This document shows, one piece after another, positions 48,252 to 60,589 of a stretch of 64,000 nucleotides of DNA. Both the position numbers and the translations under genes were made by a program. The notes beneath the pieces are model-generated. The model had not been told where the DNA came from, searched no databases, and saw only the letters and a list, made by a program, of their open reading frames with translations. The DNA is taken from assembly GCA_951406725.2 (NCBI GenBank), contig OX597814.1, positions 20,460,001-20,524,000 of the forward strand, read 5' to 3'. The DNA is from Octopus vulgaris (taxonomy: Eukaryota). Every line of letters starts with the position of its first letter. Within the stretch, counting starts at the first letter, position 1.

Positions 48252-49013
48252 ATGTTCCCCCATTCACTGAACTGTAAAGGATTCTACGGCGTATGCACGA
48301 ACCGCATTGAGGCCTTTTGGTAAAGAATCAAAAGACGGATCAAGGACGTCAGCGGATCCTCGGGCGATATGAAATGGTCTCGTGTGAACGAATGCATGTA
48401 CAGAGAAATGTATGACTTTACAGCCAGAAATAGATTCCAAAATTTCGATAGATTTCTGAAACATGCAACCGAGGTAAATTCCAACGGCACACACGGAAGA
48501 TAAGAAAAGTGAAAATAATATCGAAGAAATGTCATGTTAAACCCTTGGTCTGCATAATTTTCAATAAATACCAGCGCCCTACACGTCAAAACGTGCTCAA
48601 AAGTGAAAATAATATCAGAAATTTCATGTTAAAACCTTTGTCTGCTTAATTATAAATAAATACCAGCGTCGTACAACTTCAATATTCATTGAAAATGTGC
48701 ACCCTACTTCACGAAGTGTTAAACCAGCTTGCTCCAAAATTTCGATACATTTCTAAACCATATTGCCGAGGTTTATCCCCCCAAATTCCAACGTTATGTA
48801 AATGCGCGACATTTTGTAGAAAAAACACCTTCAGTCGTAAAAACAAAATGAACACTTTAGTTTCACTTTCTGTCACAGTATACCTCATTTTATCCCGGGA
48901 ATTTTCTCTGAAAGACATCTCTGCAGAAAGGTCAGTAGATTGATTACATATTTATTTCGTTATTTTATCGCAAATATCTATTTTTGCAAAAGTTATGAGG
49001 AAACAAAGCCGAA

Positions 49014-50001
49014 GGAGCACACTCGTACAGGAATGCGGATATTACTTAAGAAGAGTGGACCCGACGCGCGCACCGCTCGCACGCGCTAGTCAGTAGACTA
49101 GTCTGCACCCGGGATAAAAAAAAAATCCTCCACATGTGAATACGTGTAAACTTTTAATCGGAGTTGGGTGAGATTTATCTATCTATCTAGGAGAAGTGGG
49201 TTTTGGGAGGATGGGACAGAGAAGACAAAATAGGATTTTTGGTGTTTGTGAATAATCGTTCCTCTGAAACTCTGTTCCCCGTTGGAACGACTGTCCATTC
49301 TGATTGTTGGAGTGAATACAATGGAATAGCTGAAATTGAGGTCGAAGTACGGTATTTCCATTTCAAAGTGAACCATAGAGAAAACCTTGTGGGTCCAGTA
49401 ACTAACGTGCATACTAACTCAGTTGAATGCTACTGGGAAAATGCAAAAAGTATATTTAAAAGTATGATGAGAGTACACAAATATGATTGAATCCCATCTA
49501 GCTAAATTTCTTTGGTGGGGAAAATATGGGAAAACTGACGAAGAATGTTTTCGGAATATTCTAAAACATCTTTCAGAATGGTTCACTTTTGAATAACGAT
49601 TACTTTTGATGTCAGAAACATATACGTCCATTACATTTTATTTCATTATTTTCACTTTTTTTAATGACTAGTTTTGTGTAAGATTTTATTTCAAAATTTG
49701 TTTTATCCTCACTTTTCTTTATGACTATTTTTGAGTAACATTTTACTTCAATTTCAAAATTTGCTTTATTTTCATTCATTCTGTCGGTTGTTTGTTATAT
49801 TACATAGATAGATAGATAGATAAATTCCCCTCCCTCCGATTTACAGTTTACACATTTATACATATGGAGGTTTTTTGTTTTTTTTATCGCGGGTGCTGAC
49901 TAGTCTTCTGACTAACGCGTGTCCGCTGACTAGCGTTGGTGTGCGTGTCGGGTCCACTCTTAAGTGGTCCGGAATGCGTACAAAGTATGTACGTGTGCGC
50001 C
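49014..50001 (+). mobile_element. Internally deleted Merlin element with ~180-bp imperfect TIRs
   Basis: 49014-49190 is the approximate reverse complement of 49805-50001. Termini are GGAGCACAC / GGCGCACAC and both arms end inward in (TATC)n. They enclose an IS1595-type DDE fragment. Confidence 0.8.
49191..49595 (+). pseudogene. Merlin/ISXO2-like transposase C-terminal fragment
   Basis: KWVLGGWDREDKIGFLVFV.NRSSETL, GTTVHSDCWSEY and VNHRENLVGPVTNVHTNSVECYW are motifs of the DDE_Tnp_IS1595 family. Confidence 0.88.
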
Positions 50002-50489
50002 AAACAGTTTGTTGATTTTATTACTGTGTGGTGATGGGTGGGGTGAAATTGAAATTTAAAAAAAAATTTGTCACTCTTGGCAAAAATCGGCATTTCAAAA
50101 TTTCGATTTTACCCCCACCCCACCTCACCCAACTTCTTCATGTTTTACGTTTTTCAGAGATTCCTATGTTTTCATTATCGGAATTTACAATTTCGCAAAA
50201 CCAGAAAATTTTCTTGCTTTCAATTTCATTTCAATTTCAATGAGGGATCACGTGGAGAGACTGCTATTTAATGCGCAGGTTGCAAAGACCCCTATGCATG
50301 CACAATGATCGAAAGGTTTTAAAAACATCTTATATATGCCGTACTTTCGCGAGGGATGGGTTTTTTTTTTCTTTTGAAAAATTGAAATTTAAAAAAAATT
50401 TGTTTTCAGAATCATATTCTCCATATCTGGCAAGACTTCCATTTGTACCCCCTCCCCCACCATCCACCAAAAAAAAAAAAAAAACATCC

Positions 50490-50920
50490 CTTTTCTATTT
50501 AATTTTTTTTTTCTACAGAAACCCACGTTTTCGGCTACGGAGAATATGAATCTGCAAAAAATTGGCAAAAATCGGCATTTTGAAAATACTTCCTTTCCCC
50601 TAAATCCTTCATTTTAAACTTTTTTCAGAATTTCTTTTTTTTTTTTCCCAAAACATACGGAAAAATACGGAGATTATGATTCTGAAAAAATTTCAAAAAA
50701 TTTTTGTAAAAATCTTTTTTCACAAATTTTTTTTTGTCAAAATATGCGGGAAAATACGGATTCTGAAAAAAAATTTCCAAAAATTTTTCTAGTTAGGGTT
50801 TCAGGGTTAGGGTTTCGGAAAAGAGTGAAAAATTTTTACAGATTCGGAATTTCTGTAGCTGAAAATGTGGGTTTCTGTAAAAGAGAAAAAAAAAACAGGA
50901 GTGGGTGTAATGACGATTTT
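50490..50920. mobile_element. Diverged relative of the 48075 MITE with internal TTAGGG-like repeats
   Basis: ctacagaaacccacgttttcggctac (~50512) is inverted against gtagctgaaaatgtgggtttctgta (~50855). ttagggtttcagggttagggttt lies at 50793-50815. Confidence 0.55.
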
Positions 50921-52884
50921 GAGATGAACTGACCTGTTTTAGCATTTTTTGTTGCCGGGAGGTGGGGGAGGCGAAAGTGGGAAAATCAAGGGTGGGGTGT
51001 GGGTTAGACAGAAAATGATGTGGTGGGGTGGTAGGTGAGGGGAAACGGGAGGCAGGAGACGGCGGGACGGGTTTGCGGGGAGAGAACAGATGCACGGTCC
51101 ACAGAATGTGCTCTGGCAAGGGTGGTGGGGATATCCACGTAGGATGAAGTGGCAAGCCATAAGTTGAGACTGAGTCTCAAAGTCATGGTCGTCACTGCAG
51201 AGCCTGTGTAGATGGAGGAATAGAGGATAGAGAGCTTGGTGTGTTTATGGTAGGAGAAGTTGAAGTATGAGTGTGAGTCTGTGTTTGTGGTGGATGGAGG
51301 TGGTGAGAGTGGAGTGATGAATGCTGACCGAAATGTCAAGAAAGGAGACAGAGGTGTCAGAGATAGTGCAGGAGAAGTGAAGGGCAGGATAGAAAGATTT
51401 GACAAAAGAGAGGAAGGAGTCTAGATGTTCGCGGGAGAGTGAGGTCGCACCGTTATAGTCATCACTATAATGGCCATATAGTTTGGGAGCGGGACCACTG
51501 AATCTTGAGAATTTTCAGGGTATAAAGGGTAAGGAAAGATAATAGATATAAAATAAGAAATAAGGAGTTATAGGGAATATATTGCTGATTAAAGATTTGG
51601 TGGTTGTGAAGGTAAATAAAGGGGAATGTCTATGAGGGTAGGGGAGAAATAAGGGAATGATGTAGAGTGAGATTGTTATTTGAATTTTGAGAATAGGTTA
51701 CATAATCAGTGTCAGCATTTAAAAATTATGCTATCATGTTCATTCAGACAATCAGTGGATTGCATAATAGATACAACTTCAGGTATGCAAAGATTGCATT
51801 TGTTATAGCTAGTATATGGTTTAGCATGAGTAACTATGGACCACTTTAAAGTATAAGAAATTGATTCATTCTTGAGTTTATGGATAAAATCTCCCTAATA
51901 TTATGGTAGGGGAGAGCCTGCTATTTATAAATTTGAGAATTACTACATTATAGCAAAAGCAGGAAACTTTTTCAGTACCCGGGGCAAATGGAAATTGCAT
52001 TGAAATCTTTAGAATGCCTCCATGTTGGAAGAAAGGAAGGTTGGGCAGTACAATAGTGGAAGTTACACTGTGTTTCTTGTAGAGGAAAGCTCCTGTGCTG
52101 GTGGATATATGCAAATAAAAAAAGGTGTGGACAAAGTGCTAAGTTTGATAAGATTAGGATGGTTTTAGACTTTAAAAAACTTAGGAAGAATTATATGGAT
52201 GCAAACTATATATTGCCTTCTTGTTAATAAAGAAAGGAAGACATCAAATAATTGCAATAATATTTTTGACTGAGGTGAGAGAGGCTGGTATTTGAGAACC
52301 ACTGTGCTTAATACTTTCAGATTTGTGTCTGGTAGATGTCTTTATTCCAGAAGCCAATTGAGAGAAAGATTTAAAAATTGGAAATATTGAAAAAAATGTT
52401 TTTCAGATTCACAATCTATTTACCTTTTTTTATATATATCCTGAACTATATTGTCTCGTAGGCCCTTCATTTTAAATGACATTTGAAGGGTGTAGTGTAA
52501 AGTGGCGTAAGCTGTTTCTAATTATTAGCTCAAAGTGTCATTTGTTTATGATTTGGCATACCTCCATGCATGCTCAAATGATTGAAAGTTTGATGTCAAG
52601 CAAGTACAGGTTCTCTGAAAGCAGGTGAAGTGGGTAGCTTAATAGAAAATTGATTTTGTAAAATCTTTCTTTCAGAAAACAAAAGACTGTATGCAGAGGT
52701 TAAATGTAAAATCATAATCTTTGGTTCAAAGTACAGGAATATGAAGGAATCTTTGAATAAAGAAATGTTTGGTAATTGTTAGTGATCTTTTGTTTTGTGG
52801 ATAAATAGATACAAAAGATCACCTAACCATCCAACATGCCCTCCTATATAGTTGTATATAAATATCTATGAATGTATGTGTGTG

Positions 52885-53265
52885 CATATGTGGTAGGAAC
52901 TTTGGTTCCCAACCACATGGTTCTGGGTTCAGTCTTGCTATGTGGATCCTTGGTCAAGTATCTTCAACTATAGCCTCAGGCTGACCAAAACCTTGTGAGT
53001 GGATTTGGTAGACAGACTGAAAGAAGCCTGTCATATGATAATATATATTATATGAGTGTGTGTATCTTTGTGTCTGAGGATGTTCCCTACTACTGCTTGA
53101 CAATCGGTGTTGTTTTGTTTATGTCCCTGTAACTTAGTGGTTCAGTAAGAGACTGATAGAAAAAGTACCAGGCTTAAAAAAAGTACTGGGATCAATTCAT
53201 TCAACTAAAATTTCATGAAGGCAGTACTCCAGCATGGCCACAGTCTAATGACTGAAACAAAAGAT
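52885..53265 (+). mobile_element. SINE family B copy
   Basis: aaccacatggttctgggttcagtc..ccttggtcaagt..ccttgtgagtggatttggtagac..ccagcatggccacagtc..gactgaaac. Confidence 0.8.
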
Positions 53266-54149
53266 ACATGATACACACACACATATATATTCATATAAAT
53301 ATTTGTACATATAGGGATGTATTGAAACATTACTATGTTTTTGTCCTTTTTATATTGTTTGTTTCATGTTTTCATATAATGCCCTTGCAGTTTGTTTGGA
53401 ACAATAAAGCTCCTCAATTCTTCACCAGTGTTTCTAAACTTTCAGTCATACCTTCAGAATGTAAAGTGTTGTTGGTGGGTGTGAATATTTCTTTTATGGT
53501 AATCACATGTTTATTTTGTTGTCTATGTGGTTATTTTGGCATTGTGTTGTTGTGAGCAACACTTTCACACTATGTAAAATAGATAGAAAAGTTATTGCCA
53601 GTTGTGTATTCTGAAATGGAGGAAGGGAGGACTAATAAAAAATGTTTAAACATAGACATCAAAAAAATGTTTGAAAAATATTTGTATAGAATGTTGCCAG
53701 ATGAATGTCTATTTCAAAACTTTGTCATATATATAACTTTGACATTAAATATATATCATAATATATATTATTATGAACAATAGAGCTGGTGAAAATACAC
53801 TTTGTTTCAGTATATATATACTGCTACATGAATATATCTATAAAAAAAATCTTTGAGTTCAAATATGTTTATGAATTTTAAAAGCAATTTCTCTGCAATT
53901 TACTGTGGAGAAAAAAATCCTCTCTCATAGTGAGAGGTGTATACCCTTATCAATTCAGTGAAGCCCCCTCTGGACACAAAAATTATATATATGATGGCTT
54001 AGTTGGCTGAAACTTTGAAGTTACTGTCAATATGATTCTTGTCAAAGAATTATAAATATGTACTTAACAAAAAAATTGAGTAATCCTTTAGTTTAAAGTA
54101 AAATTGTTTTTATTATAACTTGACATAAAAACAAACACTCACACCAACA

Positions 54150-54797
54150 CGAGGGGAAGTCAAAAATTATCCACACTTTCACCATAATATATCTTAATTT
54201 TTGTCACACTGCCTTCTGTGCATGTCTGCTTATAGTTGGTACTGTTGTGGTCACGTGATTGAAGTTTGAGCCTGATTGTGCCATTTTTCTTTCTGGTTTT
54301 ACAATGTCAGCATGGCTGCTCCACTAGCAATGTTCACCAAAGAAGAACAAAGAGCAATGATCCAAGAGATGGTCATGGTGAACCAGTTCACCATGACCAT
54401 CTCTCAAGCTTGCTGAATATTCTTGTCAGTGGTGGAGGTCGACTGCATCCTGCTCCCTCTTTGTGCGTTATACTTGTTTGGCCACTTTTAAACTTCTCAA
54501 TCCACTCATACACACTTCTATGTGGTAGTATACTGTCCTTGTATTGTGCTAAAAGCCTCTGATGAATTTCAGCACCTGACACACCTGTTGACCAGAGAAA
54601 TCAGCTCACTGCTCTATGTTCTTCTTTGGTGCACATTGCTAGTGGAGCAGCCATGCTTACACTATAAAGCCAGAAGGAAAAATGGCATGATCAGGCTCAA
54701 AATTCGATCACGTGACCACAATAGTACCAACTATATGCACATATGAGCAGAAAGATATGTTATGGCGAAAGTGTGGAGAATTTTTCACTTCCCCTCA
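54150..54797. mobile_element. Fold-back mariner derivative: two transposon left ends joined in inverted orientation
   Basis: TIR CGAGGGGAAGTCAAAAATTATCC and its complement before TA at 54798. Inverted identity extends ~210 bp into the ATG region. The minus arm encodes the HTH fragment GAEIHQRLLAQY..VYEWIEKFKSG. Confidence 0.88.
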
Positions 54798-54809
54798 TAT
54801 ATATATATA

Positions 54810-57750
54810 TCATCCTCATCATCTTAATTATTTAATGTCTGTTTTCCATCCTGGCATGGGTTAGACGGTTTGACTGAGGTCTGGAAATCCAGCGGCTACA
54901 CCAGACTCCAATCTAATTGGCAATGTCTCTACAGCTGGATGCCCTTACTAATGCCAACCACTCTGAGAGTGTAGTGGGTGCTTTTATGTGTCACTAGCAC
55001 AGGAGCCAGTCAGGTGGCCCTAGCATCGATTACGTTTAGATAGTGCTTTTCATGTACCACCGGTATGAGAGCCAGTCAGGCAGACCTGGCATTGACCATG
55101 TTCAGATTGTGCTTTTTACATGCCACCAATATGGGAACCAGTCAGGGGGCACTGGCATCGACCATGTTTGGATGGTGCATTTTATTTGCCACCGGCACAG
55201 GAGCTAGTCAGGAGCACTGGCCACAGCTACGATATTGGTTTTGCTTGATTCAACAGGTCTTCTCAAGCATATCATATCGCCCGATACATCAAGGGTACTT
55301 TTAAATAGGCCGGACATACAACACTAGCATCAGCCATAGCTGCAATCCCACTTTAGTTGTCAGGTCTTCTCAATCACAGCATATCTCCAAAGGTCTCGGT
55401 CTCCTGTCATTGCCTCTGTGAAGCCCGACGTTCAGAGGTAATGCTTCACCACCTCGTCCCATGTCTTCCTGGGTGTGGCACTTCCTCACACAGCTATCCT
55501 CATCCATATGTAACACATAGCCATACCAGTGCAGACATCCTTTTTGCACACCATATTTGATGCTTCTTATGTCCAACTTTTCTCTCAAGGCTCTCACACT
55601 CTGTCATGTATGCACACATACATTACACATCCAGTGAATCATAGTAGCTTCATTTCTTTCAAGCCTACGTTTTTCCTCATTAGTCATGGCTCCTGTTTCA
55701 CTGCTGTGTAGCATGGCAGTTCGCACACATGCATCATACAGTCTACCTTTCATCCTGAATGAGAGGCCCTTAGTTTCCATCAGAGGTAGGAACTCCCTGA
55801 ACTTTGCCTAGGCTATTCTTCTAGCCGCTACACTCTGAGCAACCACTCCCACTACAGACTTGGTTGCCTAGGTGGTGGAAGCTATCGACTACTTCTAGTT
55901 TTTCATCCTGGCATGTGATGGAATCTGTTTTCTGTACATCTTCATTGTTTACTGCCTCTGTGCATCTGTCACACACAAAAACTATATTCCCAGTTAACCT
56001 TTTGTGGATGTTGCTGCACCTTTTGTGTCCATAACGTACACCGTGTACATTGTATGGAATTTCTACCTATGCCTTTTCTACAGAGTGAGCATGGCCATCT
56101 ACCTGAAGGGGTTTGTGATTTGTCAGCCTTCCTACTTACTAAGACTTTGGTTTTTGCTAGGTTAGCCCTAAGGCCTTTTGATTCTAGACCTTGCTTCCAC
56201 ACCCTAAACTTTGTCTCTAGTTCTGGTAGTGACTCTGCTATTAGAGCAAGGTCATCAGCATAGAGGAGCTTTATCTACCAGGGTACTGTCGATTCAGGTA
56301 GCTGGTCCCTCAATTGGGTCAACCTTTGGCAGACTCTCCTCCTCCCATTCATTCTTCACGTTCAGCAGTCTTTCATAATGGCATCTCCAAGCCTCTTTCA
56401 TTGCAAAATCATTAACCTCAAGGTCACCATCATCCATGTTGACACATTTCTCTCCTATGACATCACAGTTTTCTCTCACACACTGTCTTGCAATCCAAAA
56501 TACTTTAGTTTTTTGGTCCTCACATCACTGAACATTGGCAAACTTCTTTTCTGCTACTCCTTTGGCTATATATATCTGTCTCCTAGCTTCCCTTCTGGCT
56601 AGCTGATACATTCCCCTGCTACCCTCATTCTTCTAGGCCTTCCAGATTTGTTTCTTTGCTCTAATGGCCCTGACTACAGTATTGTTCCACCACCATGTTA
56701 CCCTAGGTCTCACAGGAATTACCAGTTGCCTTCTATGTCACAGGACAGTAGATCCTCCTCCCTCTCATCAAATTTCTCGGTAAGGATATTCCTAAGTCTC
56801 TGACAATGTGAAGGGTTCTTAAGCTTCCAAGTCCTTCTTTTCCAGATTGGTCTGCTTTTTTGGCATCCTTCTGGCTTCACATCTAAAGTTACTTATAACT
56901 AGTCTATGCTGAGGGGTACATTATTCACTAGGGTGGGTCTTTGTATTTAAGAGCAACCTTGCATCCTGCTGTCTGGTGAGGATGAAATCAATCTGGCTAG
57001 CAGAGTCACCTGATTGATAGGTTATCAGGTGGCTGGCTGGCTTCCTGAAGTTGGTGTTGCAGATCAATAGGTTATTTGCATTGCAGAACTCCAGGAGCCT
57101 AGTTTCCTCTTCATTTCTGGTACCAATTCTATGGCCCCCATGTACACCATGGAAGATACCAGGTTGCTGTCTAACATGCCCGTTAAAATCTCCAACCACA
57201 AAGATGGATCATTGTCACTTGTCTTTCAGGTAGCCTGCAGAAGGATATCATAAAAGTGATCCTTCTGTTCATTTGGTAGGCCCATTTGTGGGGCGTAGGC
57301 AGAGATAATTGTGGCTATACCATTCTGCAAGACTAGCCTGAGTTTAAGTACTCTATTGCACACCCTTACTACCTCTGACCTTATTCACCCATTTCTCTGC
57401 AAGAAGTATTCTTACACCTCCTATTCCATCACTATTACCTTTCCAGAAGATTTTATACCTATGTGCTTTGCCTGTGAGGAATCTGGCTGAAGCTCCTCTC
57501 CACTTTACCTCTTGTATGCAACATATATCAACATGTTTCCATACAAGCATCTCTACAATCTCACTAGACCTATCTTTCAATGTTTCTATATTTACAGTGC
57601 CAACTCTGAAAACTGGGAAAGAGATATGGAAGGTAACACAGGAAGGATAGATGTTATTCAGTACCTGAAAAGAAGGTTCCCGTGATTGTTTGGTAACAGA
57701 CGTCATAGTAGTTGTTCTTGCTTTTAACCTACCGTCATTCAATCATGTGA
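54810..57750 (-). mobile_element. Decayed RTE-clade LINE with most of the RT core deleted
   Basis: EN motifs GTVNIETL, VDICCIQEVKWRG, VGDFNGHV and SQIDFIL. Near 56270 the sequence jumps to LLYADDLAL, then WPCSLCRKGIG zinc finger, HWYG and the (GAT)n tail near 54812. Confidence 0.9.
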
Positions 57751-58077
57751 GAATTGTTAAGGTTGTTGCCTCTATTGTGGGGTGGGAGTAAGGAGGCATT
57801 GTATATGAAAGTGTTTGGGGCATTGTAAATATAAGCGTTATGAGCATTGTGGATGTAAGCATTACTGATGTTGTAGATATAAATGGAAAAAAAAAGAATA
57901 AAAAAAAGAAAGGTAGAAGTATAAATATGTCATTGTTAAATAGAGTAAGTGGGCTGCTATCTGGTTTGGTTAATCCAGAGAGGGGGAGAGAAAGGAAAGA
58001 GCAGCGAGATTAAAAATATGAGAGGGAGAAAGGGGCAGGGCAACTGGATGTCCGGTAAGAGAAACGAGATTTCTGGT

Positions 58078-58119
58078 TTAGCCCTCTATGTTTAGCCCCT
58101 TGTGGGCAATAAAGAAATA
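58078..58119 (+). mobile_element. 42-bp 5'-truncated LINE/SINE 3' end with 18-bp TSD
   Basis: ttagccctctatgtttagccccttgtgggcaataaagaaata is flanked by agaaacgagatttctggt at 58060-77 and 58120-37. Confidence 0.88.
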
Positions 58120-60589
58120 AGAAACGAGATTTCTGGTATTGGTGGTGGGGGCGAGAGAGGGTGGGCGCAACCATGAACAAGAGAGAGTCATTTTAAGGAG
58201 CAGTGCAAACAAGAATGAATTATTTTAGAGAAAAATACGAAATATGTTTATACATGTAGCCAAGAAAAGAGGTTAGTCATTTTAGGGAGCAGAACAAACA
58301 AGAAAGAATTATTTTAGAGAATAGTACGAAATATGTATATACATACATGTAGCCAAGAAACAAGGTTAATAATGTTGCGAGTTAGATGGGTTTGAATGAA
58401 TGTTGCGATTAAAAATAAGAGAAATTCTTAGCTTAGCTGTGTATATTTTCAAGTGTTGTAAAATGGCCAAACACATGGAATAAACTGATGAAAGTCTGAG
58501 AGTTGGAACAGGTGTGGAAGCGACAGCCAGAAATGGCAGATAAAGATGGTAGATTTCACCCTAGTGGGTAGGAGCAATAGCAGTAAGTAGCTATATATAT
58601 ATAGGTACATATGCATGTACAAATATGTGTGTGATAAATATTATCATCAATGCTAATAATATTTTATTGCTTGTTCATACTAAAAATGTCACTCTACCTT
58701 ATATAGAATTAATGTGACATCTATAATTGATTGATAGTTAAACAACCAGATAAAATATTATCTATTTATAGCAATGAGTAAATTTCTCTGTTTAATTTTC
58801 ATAAATAATTTTAATTCAAAAATTAGTATTCATTTCATTAATTTGTACAGGCACCATGAAATCTAAGAAATGTAAATTGTAATTATTTTATCAATATTAA
58901 TTACCTGATATTACCCACAATGGCAAAGTATACTCCCATCTTACCATGCATAGATTGGGTGGGATTTGTTGAGGCAGATTTTTTAGAGCTAGATGCTTTT
59001 CCTGTCACCAACCTTCACCTGTTTCCATGCAGAGTATTATATTCCTCATAACCAGACATGATTTCACAAGAGATTGGAAACAAATGACAATGCCTGTTTG
59101 ACTGTAACATCTGTTTACAGCTATTTTGTGATGTCAAGACAAGAAACTGTGCGCACACCCACACACCCACCATCATCATCATCAAACACTGTCTTCCATA
59201 CTGGCATGAGCTGAATAGTTCAACAGGATATGATGAATATAAGGATTGTGTCATGCTCCAGTACCTTGTTTGATGAATTTCCTATGGCTTGATGCCCTTT
59301 GTAACACCAATCATATTAAAGAGTGTACAGGATGCTTTTTTGTGGGCCCCCAGCACTTGTGAAAATTGTCTTGTAACTTGCAAGGTAAATTAAAGTGACC
59401 TCTATAACTGAGAGAGAATAGCAAAGAAAGAGTAAGTGATGATCCTAAGAAGAGGAGAATGAGAGGAACAGATTTATAGCTGAAAAAAAAAAGGGCAAGA
59501 GTGGAGAGAGTAACAATAGTTGTAGCTAGGAAAAGGAAAAGAAAGGAATTAGTAACAGGGATTGAAAGGTGATAGGGTAGGTTGTATATGTGAGTATTTA
59601 GGGCTATCCAATTTTATAAAGGCAAGTATAGATAGAAGCTATCAGGAGAAAGAGACAAAGAGGGAGCAGTAGACTAGGGTGGAAATTCATTGAAGAAAGA
59701 TGCTGGGGATTGTGGGGGTAAATAAAGAGAGAAAGGTGAGAAGGACAAGAAGCTGTGGTGAAAGGGCATTGAGAGAAGTAAGACGGAGGGTGAGTGCTAT
59801 AATGGAAAGAGATATTGGAGAATATTATAAAGATAGGAAAAGAGCAGGGCATGACTGCTGCAACACACTGTTCTAATTCTGTTTTTGCTCTAAAACAGCC
59901 ATAGATTGTTTGTACACCTGATGAATGAATTACACAATTGTGATACAATCTGAAGCAATTTGCAATATATCCTTAATATTATCTCATATAAATGTGTGTC
60001 TGTGTATATAACTACATGCATATAATACTATTGCCAGGATACACTACAAATTCTTTCATCAGATGGTAATAATTTTATGCATTAGCTCTTTAGAGTAAAG
60101 ACAGAAATAATTACTAAGAATGTATTGTCAGTATATTGTGAGATGAGAAAGTTAATTCAGGTAATCATCTGAGAGATGTAACTCCTTTTATGTGTATGTT
60201 CATAAGAATACTATATTTTAATTATGCTTGCTCAAAAAATATTTAGAAAAGATAGGTAATAAAGGTAAATTAGTGTTAGATTAGGCTAACTTCTACACAG
60301 CATGTGTAACCTATTTAGCTTACTTATTATAGATTTTTTAAATTGGTACTTTCAGAGAAAATTTTTTTAAATTCCTGTCCTAGAAAGTAGTTTTAAAAGG
60401 TTTTCCTTTCAAAGTATGCAGCAAGAGTCACATGGTTCAAATTGATTCATTTTGTTGTATACATTTGAATAATTTCATTGTTTGAGAGAGTCAGTGGCAC
60501 ATGTGTTATAAAGGTATTGCAGTAAGTTGGTTATTCTGCTGTGGCTAAGGTATTTTTTTTCTTTTTAAACAGAGGCCAAGACTTTAGAG

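Noticed and set aside
51004-51405. 133-aa S/T/P/L-rich ORF
   Set aside because: Low-complexity consequence of strand purine skew; no motifs or splice support.
59910-59970. CTGATGA..GAAG hammerhead-like string
   Set aside because: GAAA and the cleavage triplet are not intact and stem I is not supported.
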